Shown one piece after another: positions 8,184 through 16,985 of a DNA stretch of 37,740 nucleotides; within the stretch, counting starts at the first letter, position 1, and every line of letters starts with the position of its first letter. Made by a program: the position numbers and the translations under genes. The stretch covers positions 1 to 37,740 of IMG/VR virus record IMGVR_UViG_3300020045_007777, one strand, 5' to 3'. This DNA is from a virus. Its lineage: Duplodnaviria > Heunggongvirae > Uroviricota > Caudoviricetes > Crassvirales. The notes under the pieces are model-generated. The model saw nothing but the letters and a program-made list of their open reading frames with translations. It had not been told where the DNA came from and ran no database searches.

Positions 8184-9893
8184 ATGAAAGTTACAACAAT
8201 AAATGGAGAGCAAGTTTTAAAAACTAATGCTCGTAAAATTAAAAAAGATGATGGTACTTTTGGGTACTATAAAATTGGTGAAACTAATGTTAAGGATTCA
8301 GGAGATTGTTATAAAATTAATAATATTTTCTATATTCTTGATAAAGGTAGAATTACATGGGATTATTCTTTAAGTTCTTATGTTCTTAAATCATCAACTT
8401 TAACAGGTGTTATTGACACAGATTTAAATGAAGGTTCTTTTGCAATTAAAGATTATAAATATCTTTATATTTGTAATGAAAAATTTAATAAAAGACTTTG
8501 TATGAATGATTCTATTGGTAAAGAATTGGGATATACTTTAGTTAATGATACTTATTATAATCCAAAAGTATTTGGTTATAAAGAATTATATCCTCGTCAA
8601 AGAATTGATAATTCATATAAAAATACATTACCATATAATTTTAGAGATTCTTTACCACAAGCAATTAAATATTATAATTCTTATAAATATCAACAAGATG
8701 AAGAATTAGATAATTTTTTAAATAAAAGTGGTATTAGAAGTCTTTTAAGTAAATATACATTTGGTGTTGAATTAGAAACTACAGCTGGAATGATTCCTGA
8801 ACATATTTGTAAAAATTTAGGAGTTAGACCAGTTAGAGATGGATCAATTACAGGATTAGAATATGTTACAATTCCATTATCAGGAGAGAAAGGTATTTAT
8901 GCTTTAAAAGAAATTGTAGAAAGTATTATTAAATATACTGATTCTGATTTTAGTTGTTCAATGCATATTCATGTTGGTGGAATTCCAAGAACTCCTGAAT
9001 TTATTACTGCAATGTATAAATTTGCTTATTATTTCCAAGATAATGTTTATAAAATGTTTCCTAGATATAAAGAAGTAAATGATGGTGTTAAAAGACAATG
9101 TTATACAGCACCATTAGATAGTATGTTAATGACAAAATTAAATTTTAAAGCTAAATCTCCAGAACAAATTAAAGAAGATTTACAAAAAATAGTTTATCAT
9201 TTGTCAGGTAAACATGAAGCTTATAAAGATTTTATTCCTTTAGAAATGATTGATACACATCCTTCAGATCCAAATCAAAGTTCTAAATGGCATATGAAAG
9301 AAAGATATAAATGGTTAAATTTAATTCCAATTATATTTACTAATAAACAAACTATTGAATATAGAACTTATACAGTTCCAGATACAGTAGAAAAAGCTAT
9401 TAGTTTTTTATTAATGAGTTTACTTATTACTGATTATGTTTCAAGATATACAACAAGAATATTATTAAATCCTGAAACAGTAAATGGTTTTGATTTTAAC
9501 TTATTATGTGATAATTTAGGAATGACTGGAACTTTAAAAAAAATGTTTTCTGAAAGATTATCTAAAGTTGCAAGTATTACTAATACTAAAGGTGCATTTT
9601 TTGAAGAAGATGATGTTGAATTACCTAAAAGAATATTTAGTAATCCTGTTATAAGAGATAAAAGTCAAAATCCTTATAAAATAAAGATGAATTCTTTTCC
9701 ATTATATGAAAATAATAGAATTTTAATTCCAATTCCTTTTAGAAATTATGCAGAAAATGATAGTGCTTATGTTGTAAGAGTTAATGCATTAGGTATTTCT
9801 AGTTCAAATTTAAAATGGGATAATAATAGAGATTTAGAATATAATGTTGCAACATTACGTATTCATAATATAAATTCAACACCTAGACCATAA
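8184..9893 (+). CDS. Putative amidoligase (Amidoligase_2-like COOH-NH2 ligase) with N-terminal extension
   Basis: TFGVELET, VRDGSI..LEYVT, SCSMHIHVG, RYKWLNL, TIEYRT. Confidence 0.85.
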   Translation: MKVTTINGEQVLKTNARKIKKDDGTFGYYKIGETNVKDSGDCYKINNIFYILDKGRITWDYSLSSYVLKSSTLTGVIDTDLNEGSFAIKDYKYLYICNEKFNKRLCMNDSIGKELGYTLVNDTYYNPKVFGYKELYPRQRIDNSYKNTLPYNFRDSLPQAIKYYNSYKYQQDEELDNFLNKSGIRSLLSKYTFGVELETTAGMIPEHICKNLGVRPVRDGSITGLEYVTIPLSGEKGIYALKEIVESIIKYTDSDFSCSMHIHVGGIPRTPEFITAMYKFAYYFQDNVYKMFPRYKEVNDGVKRQCYTAPLDSMLMTKLNFKAKSPEQIKEDLQKIVYHLSGKHEAYKDFIPLEMIDTHPSDPNQSSKWHMKERYKWLNLIPIIFTNKQTIEYRTYTVPDTVEKAISFLLMSLLITDYVSRYTTRILLNPETVNGFDFNLLCDNLGMTGTLKKMFSERLSKVASITNTKGAFFEEDDVELPKRIFSNPVIRDKSQNPYKIKMNSFPLYENNRILIPIPFRNYAENDSAYVVRVNALGISSSNLKWDNNRDLEYNVATLRIHNINSTPRP

Positions 9894-10564
9894 TGGAACA
9901 AATATTTAAAACATGGTATAAACATTTAAAACCAATTCTTGATTCTAAATATTTTATTAATTTAGTTAAACAATTAGATTCTCAATATGAATTATCTAAA
10001 TTTATGTTTAATAAAATTAAAATATATCCAACCGATAAAAAGAAAGTATTTAAATGTTTTAATTGTGATTTTAATAATTTGAAAGTAGTTTTTATTGGAA
10101 GCAAACCCTTTGATGAATTTTCAGAGGGTTTAGCTTTTGATAGTACAAATGATAAAATTAGACTTCATTCTACATCTGAATTAATTAGATATAAAATTGA
10201 AGAAGAATTTTATGATGGATTTCATTTAGGTCATGATGCAACATTAGAATATTTAATTCCACAAGGTGTATTATTATTAAATGAATCATTAACTACTACA
10301 AATCAAAAAGATCATAAAGAATTATGGTCACAATTTATACAATTTGTATTAAAGATAATTCAAGATAATAATACTGGAATTATATTTTGTATAGATAGAC
10401 AATCTGATTTAGTTAAATTAATTGATACAAAAAAACATCATTTATTAACTTTTGAAGATCCAACTAAATGTGATTATGATTTTAATTCTTGGGATTTTAA
10501 GTTTAAAGATATTAATAACATTTTAGAACATATGAATGGTTCTGAATATAAAATAAAATTTTAA
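9893..10564 (+). CDS. Family-1 uracil-DNA glycosylase-like protein, catalytic motifs degenerate
   Basis: IYP, LKVVFIG, EGLAF and QGVLLLNESLT are retained; GQDPY is replaced by GSKPF and HPSP by approximately EDPT. Confidence 0.8.
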   Translation: MEQIFKTWYKHLKPILDSKYFINLVKQLDSQYELSKFMFNKIKIYPTDKKKVFKCFNCDFNNLKVVFIGSKPFDEFSEGLAFDSTNDKIRLHSTSELIRYKIEEEFYDGFHLGHDATLEYLIPQGVLLLNESLTTTNQKDHKELWSQFIQFVLKIIQDNNTGIIFCIDRQSDLVKLIDTKKHHLLTFEDPTKCDYDFNSWDFKFKDINNILEHMNGSEYKIKF

Positions 10565-10887
10565 TGAAAGATGAATTAATAACATTTGATACAGCTAAAT
10601 TAGCTAAAGAAAAAGGTTTTAAATTTTATACTGATAGTTATTATTCTTCTATAACAGGACAAATACATACTTCTTCAACAAGTAGTTTTAATTTAGAACA
10701 TATGTTGTCAAGACCAACTCAATCATTACTTCAAAAATGGTTAAGAGAAATTCATAAAATTTTTATAAATATTAATTCAAATGAAAATGGTCATATATTA
10801 ACAGTAGGACAATTTAAAGAAGAATATAATATTTATGAAAAAGCTTTAGAAGAAGGATTACAAGAAGCATTAAAATTAATTAAATAA
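10564..10887 (+). CDS. Hypothetical protein resembling a recurrent Bacteroidota-phage family
   Basis: FDTAKLAKEKGF, PTQSLLQKWLRE and YEKALEEGLQEAL pattern, recognised from memory; TAATG-coupled on both sides. Confidence 0.7.
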   Translation: MKDELITFDTAKLAKEKGFKFYTDSYYSSITGQIHTSSTSSFNLEHMLSRPTQSLLQKWLREIHKIFININSNENGHILTVGQFKEEYNIYEKALEEGLQEALKLIK

Positions 10888-11297
10888 TGCCTAAAGAAAA
10901 AAAAGAAAAAAAAATTATTCCTAAACCACGTAATAATGGTACAATGACAGAATCAGCTTTTTGGGCTTTTATAAGAAGTTCTATTAGAAAAGCTAGTATG
11001 TATTGGAAACCATTACAACAGTGTAAAACTGATGCTAGAAGATCTTATAAAGGGTCTAATGGTCGTCAAAAATGGGAATATCAATGTGCAGAATGTAATA
11101 AATGGTTTATGGAAAAAGAAATTCAAATAGATCATATTATAGATGCAGGAAGTTTAAAATCAGGAGATGATTTAAAAGCTTTTGTAGAACGTTGTTTTGT
11201 TGAAAGTGGTGGTTATCAAGTTTTATGTAAACCTTGTCATCAAATTAAGACAAATAACGCTAGGGAAGCTAAAAAATTATTAAAAGAAAAAGAATAA
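10887..11297 (+). CDS. Zn-binding HNH endonuclease
   Basis: YQCAEC ... IQIDHII ... YQVLCKPCHQIKT. Confidence 0.8.
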   Translation: MPKEKKEKKIIPKPRNNGTMTESAFWAFIRSSIRKASMYWKPLQQCKTDARRSYKGSNGRQKWEYQCAECNKWFMEKEIQIDHIIDAGSLKSGDDLKAFVERCFVESGGYQVLCKPCHQIKTNNAREAKKLLKEKE

Positions 11298-11303
11298 AAG
11301 CCT

Positions 11304-11570
11304 ATGGAAATAATTAGAGTAAATAGTTTGGCAAAAAGTTGTATGACTGAAATAGATCATAATAAATTTATGTCAAATATTAATACCAAGAATTTAAACT
11401 CAGCGAGGTTATTTCTTGAAGATAAGATGGATGAAATTGTTTTTAGTAAAAAAATGAAATCTATCGCAGAACAACAATATAAATATACTAGATTGAAAGA
11501 ACTAGATAATATTGTTACAAATGAATATATAAACCAAATTGATGTAAATGCAGGAACTAGTATCAAATAA
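11304..11570 (+). CDS. Hypothetical protein (88 aa)
   Basis: ORF fills the gap between recognised genes on the coding strand. Confidence 0.6.
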   Translation: MEIIRVNSLAKSCMTEIDHNKFMSNINTKNLNSARLFLEDKMDEIVFSKKMKSIAEQQYKYTRLKELDNIVTNEYINQIDVNAGTSIK

Positions 11571-12558
11571 CATTAGTTACTCTTTATTAAAATCTTTTGA
11601 CGAAAATGGTCCAAGAGTATTAATAGAAAGAAAAAATGTTAAAACAAAAAGTACTGAATTTGGAAATCGTTTAGATGATTTTATAAGTTTATCAACAGAA
11701 GAATTTAATGAAAAATATCTCATAGTTCAAAATAAAATTGAAGGAGATTTATTGATATTAGCTCAAAATGTTGCTAAAAGTATTAAAATTGAATACGATG
11801 AAAATAATAAGTACAAAAAAGATACAACTGATGCAATCATAAAAATTATAAGTTATTTAGATTTATTTAAAAGGATAAAAAAAGATGAAACAAGAATATT
11901 AAAATTTAATAATAAAGAATTTTATGATTTAGTTGATCTTATAAAAAGTTATCCAAAAAAAGAATTTATTACTCCTACAGAGTATTCAAAATTAATAGAA
12001 TGTAGAAGTGCTTTATATAATCATAAATCAACAAAATCTTACTTTAATTGTGAAGGTAATATTGAAGAAATATATCAAGCAGAAATTAATTATGAATATT
12101 TAGGAAGGAATATTAAAGTTATTCTTGACAAGATAATTATAAACCACGACAAATTAACTATTCAAGGACTAGATTTAAAATCTGGAAGTCCTGCAACTCA
12201 TGAATTCATTAAGAATTTTTTTACATATAAATATTACATACAAGGTGCATTATACATTAAAGCTTTAAATCAATATATTATTGATAGAGGTTTATATGGA
12301 TATACTATTTGTCCTTTTAAATATATTTATCAACCTACATTTGATTTTAATAATCCAAAAGTGTTTGTCTTAACTAAAAAGTGGATAAGAGCAGCTTTTG
12401 ACGGATTTACAACAAATTCAGGATATAAATATAGAGGTATAGATGAGTTAATTATTGAAATTAACTGGCACATAAATAATCAAGTATTTAATGAAACTAA
12501 AGAATTTCATGAAAATAATGAGATATACCTTGATGATAGTTTTATACATGTAGAATAA
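11548..12558 (+). CDS. PD-(D/E)XK exonuclease (RecB/ExoVIII-like)
   Basis: IKVILDKII ... GLDLKSG ... YKYYIQGALY motifs. Confidence 0.8.
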   Translation: MQELVSNNISYSLLKSFDENGPRVLIERKNVKTKSTEFGNRLDDFISLSTEEFNEKYLIVQNKIEGDLLILAQNVAKSIKIEYDENNKYKKDTTDAIIKIISYLDLFKRIKKDETRILKFNNKEFYDLVDLIKSYPKKEFITPTEYSKLIECRSALYNHKSTKSYFNCEGNIEEIYQAEINYEYLGRNIKVILDKIIINHDKLTIQGLDLKSGSPATHEFIKNFFTYKYYIQGALYIKALNQYIIDRGLYGYTICPFKYIYQPTFDFNNPKVFVLTKKWIRAAFDGFTTNSGYKYRGIDELIIEINWHINNQVFNETKEFHENNEIYLDDSFIHVE

Positions 12559-12561
12559 ATA

Positions 12562-13125
12562 ATGAATAGAGTGAATATTAAAATAAGTCCAAATAAGTCA
12601 AAAACTTATTTATTACCATTGCTTTCAGATAGTTATTACTTACCTGAAAGTATTATGAAGAATTTTATAAATTGTTATATTTATGATAAAGATAATTTAC
12701 ATGATAATTGTATTTATCTTTTATTTAATTATGACATAAAAAATCCTGCTTTTACTAAATTTGAATATGAATTAAGTCAAACACCAGGATTTGAAAAACA
12801 TTATGATTTGGAAGATAACCAAATTTTATTTGTTTTAAGATTTCCAAGAGAGTTTTTAGCTGAATATTATCATTTTATAAGTGGTAAATATTCATTATAT
12901 CAAAAAGAAGCAATTGATATGATTGTTAAATATTTAATATATAATAAAGCTAATATTAATTTTATAAATAAAATTAAACAAATATTTAATAAAGATCCTA
13001 AATTAAAACTTCAACTTGAAGCTGAAATTGGGATGAAATTAGATAGTAATGCTGAATTGGGAGGAATTGCTGATATTGAAAAAGAAACTATTAATATAAA
13101 GAAATATATATCAACTTATATATGA
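12562..13125 (+). CDS. Hypothetical protein (187 aa)
   Basis: ORF with coding-like composition; NKSKTYLLPLL and GKYS motifs; function unknown. Confidence 0.7.
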   Translation: MNRVNIKISPNKSKTYLLPLLSDSYYLPESIMKNFINCYIYDKDNLHDNCIYLLFNYDIKNPAFTKFEYELSQTPGFEKHYDLEDNQILFVLRFPREFLAEYYHFISGKYSLYQKEAIDMIVKYLIYNKANINFINKIKQIFNKDPKLKLQLEAEIGMKLDSNAELGGIADIEKETINIKKYISTYI

Positions 13126-13559
13126 AATTAAAATATAAAGAATTAAGTCCTAGTGCTGTACAACCTAAGTATGGTAAAAAAGGTGATGCAGGTATGGACT
13201 TAACTGCAAGTAAAATGGTTAAAAATAGTTTATTTACTGTTTGGTATAATACAGATATTGCTGTAGAAATACCTGAAGGTCATTTTGGAATGTTAGTACC
13301 AAGAAGTTCAATATCAAATGATGGGGCATTAACTCTAGCAAATGATATTGGAATTATTGATGCAGGATATAGAGGTGGAATTCAAGTACGTTTTAATAGA
13401 ACAGTACGTGGATTTTTTTCTCGTAAAAAATATAATGTAGGTGATAGAATTGCACAACTAATAATTGTTCCATTTAAATCTGCAGAATTAGATAAACAAA
13501 TATATCTTTCTGAAACTGAAAGAGGAACTGGTGGACATGGTTCTACGGGAATTAGATAA
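13122..13559 (+). CDS. dut: Trimeric dUTPase
   Basis: All five motifs present: AGMDL, PRSSI, GIIDAGYRG, RIAQLII, RGTGGHGSTG. Confidence 0.95.
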   Translation: MKLKYKELSPSAVQPKYGKKGDAGMDLTASKMVKNSLFTVWYNTDIAVEIPEGHFGMLVPRSSISNDGALTLANDIGIIDAGYRGGIQVRFNRTVRGFFSRKKYNVGDRIAQLIIVPFKSAELDKQIYLSETERGTGGHGSTGIR

Positions 13560-13592
13560 TTATTAATTATTACATATTATTTACCTATTTAT

Positions 13593-13621
13593 TTGACTTA
13601 CTGATAAATAATTATTATATT
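13593..13621 (+). promoter_or_regulatory. Possible sigma70-like promoter upstream of the HNH gene
   Basis: TTGACT-17 nt-TATATT in one of the few sizeable intergenic gaps; chance matches are plausible in such AT-rich DNA. Confidence 0.4.
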
Positions 13622-13638
13622 TATAAAAAAATATTATT

Positions 13639-14193
13639 ATGAATGTTAAAATTGGTTCAACAGTAGGTAATTGGTTAGTAAAATCAGATTTTTTTATAAA
13701 AGATAATATACAATATCATAATTGTGAATGTATATGTGGAATTAATAGAGATGTTAGAAGATGGCATTTAAATAATTCTAAAACAAAAGGATGTGGTTGT
13801 ACTAATATAAAAGGAAGATTTAAGTATGAAGGTGTTGGTGATTTATCAAAAGCATATTTTACTTCATTTAAATTTGGTAGAGAAAATAAAGGAAAAATAT
13901 TTTCTAATGAAATTACATTAGAATTTCTTTGGAATTTATTTTTAAAACAAAATAAAAAATGTGCATTAAGTGGAATAGATATTATATTAAATCCTCAATG
14001 GTCTGCACAAAATAATGGTAAAAAGAAACATTTGTTTCAAACTGCTTCAATTGATAGAATTGATTCAACAAAACATTATACTATTGATAATATTCAATGG
14101 GTTGATAAAGATATTAATTTTATGAAAGGAAGTTTAACAACAGATAAATTTTTAGATTTATGTAAAAAAGTAAGTAATAATGAAAGAAAATAA
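13639..14193 (+). CDS. Free-standing HNH (putative homing) endonuclease
   Basis: CECICG and KGCGC N-terminal DNA-binding motifs; CALSG; ASIDRIDSTKHYTIDNIQWV..IN.MK. Confidence 0.8.
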   Translation: MNVKIGSTVGNWLVKSDFFIKDNIQYHNCECICGINRDVRRWHLNNSKTKGCGCTNIKGRFKYEGVGDLSKAYFTSFKFGRENKGKIFSNEITLEFLWNLFLKQNKKCALSGIDIILNPQWSAQNNGKKKHLFQTASIDRIDSTKHYTIDNIQWVDKDINFMKGSLTTDKFLDLCKKVSNNERK

Positions 14194-14368
14194 AGATGAT
14201 AGTACAGATTTCTTACGTTGGTTAAGATTATGTATTGTTCATAAAGATAATATAAAAACTCCAGAAGGTCGTACTATTGATAAAGACTCTTTTATTACAA
14301 AAGATGGATTTGATAATAGAGGATTTAATGATTTTTTATATACAGTATTTAAACAATTAAATAAATAA
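14180..14368 (+). CDS. Hypothetical protein (62 aa)
   Basis: Short ORF tightly packed between the HNH and VWA genes. Confidence 0.5.
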   Translation: MKENKDDSTDFLRWLRLCIVHKDNIKTPEGRTIDKDSFITKDGFDNRGFNDFLYTVFKQLNK

Positions 14369-14370
14369 AT

Positions 14371-15525
14371 ATGAGTGACATTGGTAGAATAGGTAAACAA
14401 TTAATGATTACGGAACCATTTTATGGTTTTTTTCTGTTAAATTTAAATAAACAATTCAGTGATAGTTTACCTACTGCTGGTGTTGGTAAACAAGGAATTA
14501 ATCAAATGTTATATGTTAATCCAGATTTTTGGGCTAAATTATCAGATAATCATAAAATTGGATTACTTAAACATGAATTATTACATATTGTTATGTTTCA
14601 TTTAACTATGAGGCATAATTATATGGATAAAAAATTATTTAATATAGCAGCTGATATTGAAATTAATCAATATATTAAAGATGAATGGTTACCTGAAGGT
14701 GCATTAACATTAACAACATATAATATTCCTTTAGAACCTAAAGCAGGTACTAATTATTATTATCAAGAATTATTAAAAAATTTAAATTCTTCAGATCCAG
14801 ATCCATTATTAAAACAAATGACTAGTTCAGGTGCAGGAGATATGCATGAAAGTTGGAAAGAATTTGATAATTTAAGTGATGCTGAAAAAAAATTAGTTCA
14901 GAATCAAGTTGATCATATTTTAAAAGAAGCAGCTACTACTATTAATAAAAGTAGAGGTACAATTCCAGGAGAATTAAAAGCTAAAATTGATGAATTATTT
15001 GCTGTTAAAGAAGCTGTTTTTAATTGGAAAGCTTATTTAAGAAGAAAAATTGGTAATTCTCAAGAAATTTATACTAAAAAATCTAGAAGAAAACCTTCAA
15101 AACGTTTTGTAGATGCTGCAGGTATAAAAGTTAAACAAAAACATCATATATTATTTGCTAAAGATACATCAGGTTCAGTTAGTAATGCTGAATTAATGGA
15201 AGCTGAAAGTGAATTACATCATATTTATAAAGCTGGAACAAGACTTACAGTAATTGAATGTGATACAAAAATAAATGATATTTATGAATATAAAGGTAAA
15301 TATAAAGATTATGTTACAGGTAGAGGTGGAACTGACTTTGATCCAGTTATAGAATATTATAATAAACATAAATCTAAATTTACAACATTAGTATTTTTTA
15401 CTGATGGTTACGCACCTATAAATGTGAAACCAAACAAGCCAATGATATGGATTATTTCATCTAATGGCAAAACAGATACGGAAGAATTTCCAGGATATAA
15501 AATTAAAATTCCAAAAACTGATTAA
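14371..15525 (+). CDS. Metallopeptidase (DUF2201-like, HExxH) fused to a VWA domain
   Basis: KHELLHI, FNIAADIEINQ, MIDAS DTSGS, GRGGTDF, FTDGY. Confidence 0.88.
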   Translation: MSDIGRIGKQLMITEPFYGFFLLNLNKQFSDSLPTAGVGKQGINQMLYVNPDFWAKLSDNHKIGLLKHELLHIVMFHLTMRHNYMDKKLFNIAADIEINQYIKDEWLPEGALTLTTYNIPLEPKAGTNYYYQELLKNLNSSDPDPLLKQMTSSGAGDMHESWKEFDNLSDAEKKLVQNQVDHILKEAATTINKSRGTIPGELKAKIDELFAVKEAVFNWKAYLRRKIGNSQEIYTKKSRRKPSKRFVDAAGIKVKQKHHILFAKDTSGSVSNAELMEAESELHHIYKAGTRLTVIECDTKINDIYEYKGKYKDYVTGRGGTDFDPVIEYYNKHKSKFTTLVFFTDGYAPINVKPNKPMIWIISSNGKTDTEEFPGYKIKIPKTD

Positions 15526-15526
15526 T

Positions 15527-15766
15527 ATGATTAAAGGACAAGTATTATATAGGTTAAATGGTTATTTAGTTGTTAAAGAAAATAACGATTTAATTATATA
15601 TATCAGATATAGAAGAAAAAAAGATTCAAAAAGAAGAAAAGTATTATTTAATTCTGTTCATCATAGAAAAGTTAATGAAAATTTTTTATTAAATGCTGAT
15701 ATAAAAACCTTTAAAACTTTTTCCAAATTATATAAATTTATAAATAATTATAAAAATAATGAATAA
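15527..15766 (+). CDS. Hypothetical basic protein (79 aa)
   Basis: The ATG at 15527 directly follows the VWA stop and is preferred over the ORF-track start at 15464, which overlaps the previous gene. Confidence 0.55.
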   Translation: MIKGQVLYRLNGYLVVKENNDLIIYIRYRRKKDSKRRKVLFNSVHHRKVNENFLLNADIKTFKTFSKLYKFINNYKNNE

Positions 15767-16985
15767 CGAATTAAACATTAAAGAATTAAAAAGTATTACT
15801 AGTTATATTGTAGATAACAATGATAGATTAGTAGATGAAGGTAAAAAAACTACTGCAATTGAAGTTATTGGTGAATCAGGTATTGGTAAAACATCAGCTG
15901 TAATTCAATTAGCTGAAGAAAGAGGTATGGATATTGTAAAATTAAATTTAGCTCAATTAGAAGAGCTTGGTGATTTAATTGGATATCCTTTAAAAGAATT
16001 CTATATTGCTTCACCTAGTGGTGATCCTATTTGGGTAGCTGAAAACTTATTAGATAATTATATCAAAATGGGTTATACTATTGTAGAAAATGCAGAAGGT
16101 AGAATGTCTTATGCACCACCTGCATGGTTACCAAAAGAAGCTAATCCTAATGGAGGTATATTAATTCTTGATGACTGGAATAGAGCTGATCAAAGATTTA
16201 TTCAAGCTGTAATGGAATTATTAGATAGAGGTCAATATATTTCTTGGTCTTTACCACCTAAATGGACTATTTGTTTAACTGCAAATCCAGATAATGGTGA
16301 TTATAATGTATCATCAATTGATAATGCTCAAAGAACTAGATTTATTAGTTTTGACTTAGGATTTGATAAGGATATATGGGCTGAATGGGCTGAAGTAAAT
16401 AATATTGATGGTAGATGTATCAATTTTGTTTTAATGTATCCAGAGGTACTTAAAAAAGAAGGTAATGTACAAACAGTAAATCCAAGAAGTTTAGTAACAT
16501 TTTTTAATACTATTTCAGGTATTAAAAATTTTAATGAAGCTGAAAGTTTGTATAAAATATTATTAATTTCAAAAGGGTGTTTTTCATCTAAAGAAGATGT
16601 GGTTGGTAATTTATTTACAATGTTTATTAATAATCAATTAGATAAATTAATTCAACCAGATGAAATGTTATTTGGTGATTGGAAAAAAATCTCAAAAGAA
16701 ATTGATGATTGTGTACATTCAGGAGAAAATAATAGTTATAGAGCTGATATTGGAGCAACTATTACAACAAGATTTATTAACTTTGTACAAAATTATTTTG
16801 ATAATGATGATAAAGCTGATAGTCAAGTTGTAATTAACAGAATATTAGAAATTGTAGAACATGATAAAATGCTATTAGCAGAAGATTTAGTATTTAATTT
16901 AATTAGAAATTTAGTAGGTAAATATCCTACAAGAACTAATAAATTATTAATGAATCCAAAAATATTTAAAAAAGTAACAGGATAA
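15759..16985 (+). CDS. MoxR-like AAA+ ATPase
   Basis: Walker A GESGIGKT, DLIGYP, Walker B ILILDDWNRA, sensor TANP, arginine finger RTRF, NPRS. Confidence 0.85.
   Translation: MNNELNIKELKSITSYIVDNNDRLVDEGKKTTAIEVIGESGIGKTSAVIQLAEERGMDIVKLNLAQLEELGDLIGYPLKEFYIASPSGDPIWVAENLLDNYIKMGYTIVENAEGRMSYAPPAWLPKEANPNGGILILDDWNRADQRFIQAVMELLDRGQYISWSLPPKWTICLTANPDNGDYNVSSIDNAQRTRFISFDLGFDKDIWAEWAEVNNIDGRCINFVLMYPEVLKKEGNVQTVNPRSLVTFFNTISGIKNFNEAESLYKILLISKGCFSSKEDVVGNLFTMFINNQLDKLIQPDEMLFGDWKKISKEIDDCVHSGENNSYRADIGATITTRFINFVQNYFDNDDKADSQVVINRILEIVEHDKMLLAEDLVFNLIRNLVGKYPTRTNKLLMNPKIFKKVTG

Noticed and set aside
3656-13559. A known DNA hypermodification pathway (7-deazaguanine, PurZ/2-aminoadenine, 5-hmdU-based)
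   Set aside because: None of the signature genes (queC/D/E, folE, dpdA, purZ, dUMP hydroxymethylase, 5-hmdU kinase) is recognisable in this window, so a DNA link for the ligase cluster remains a hypothesis only.
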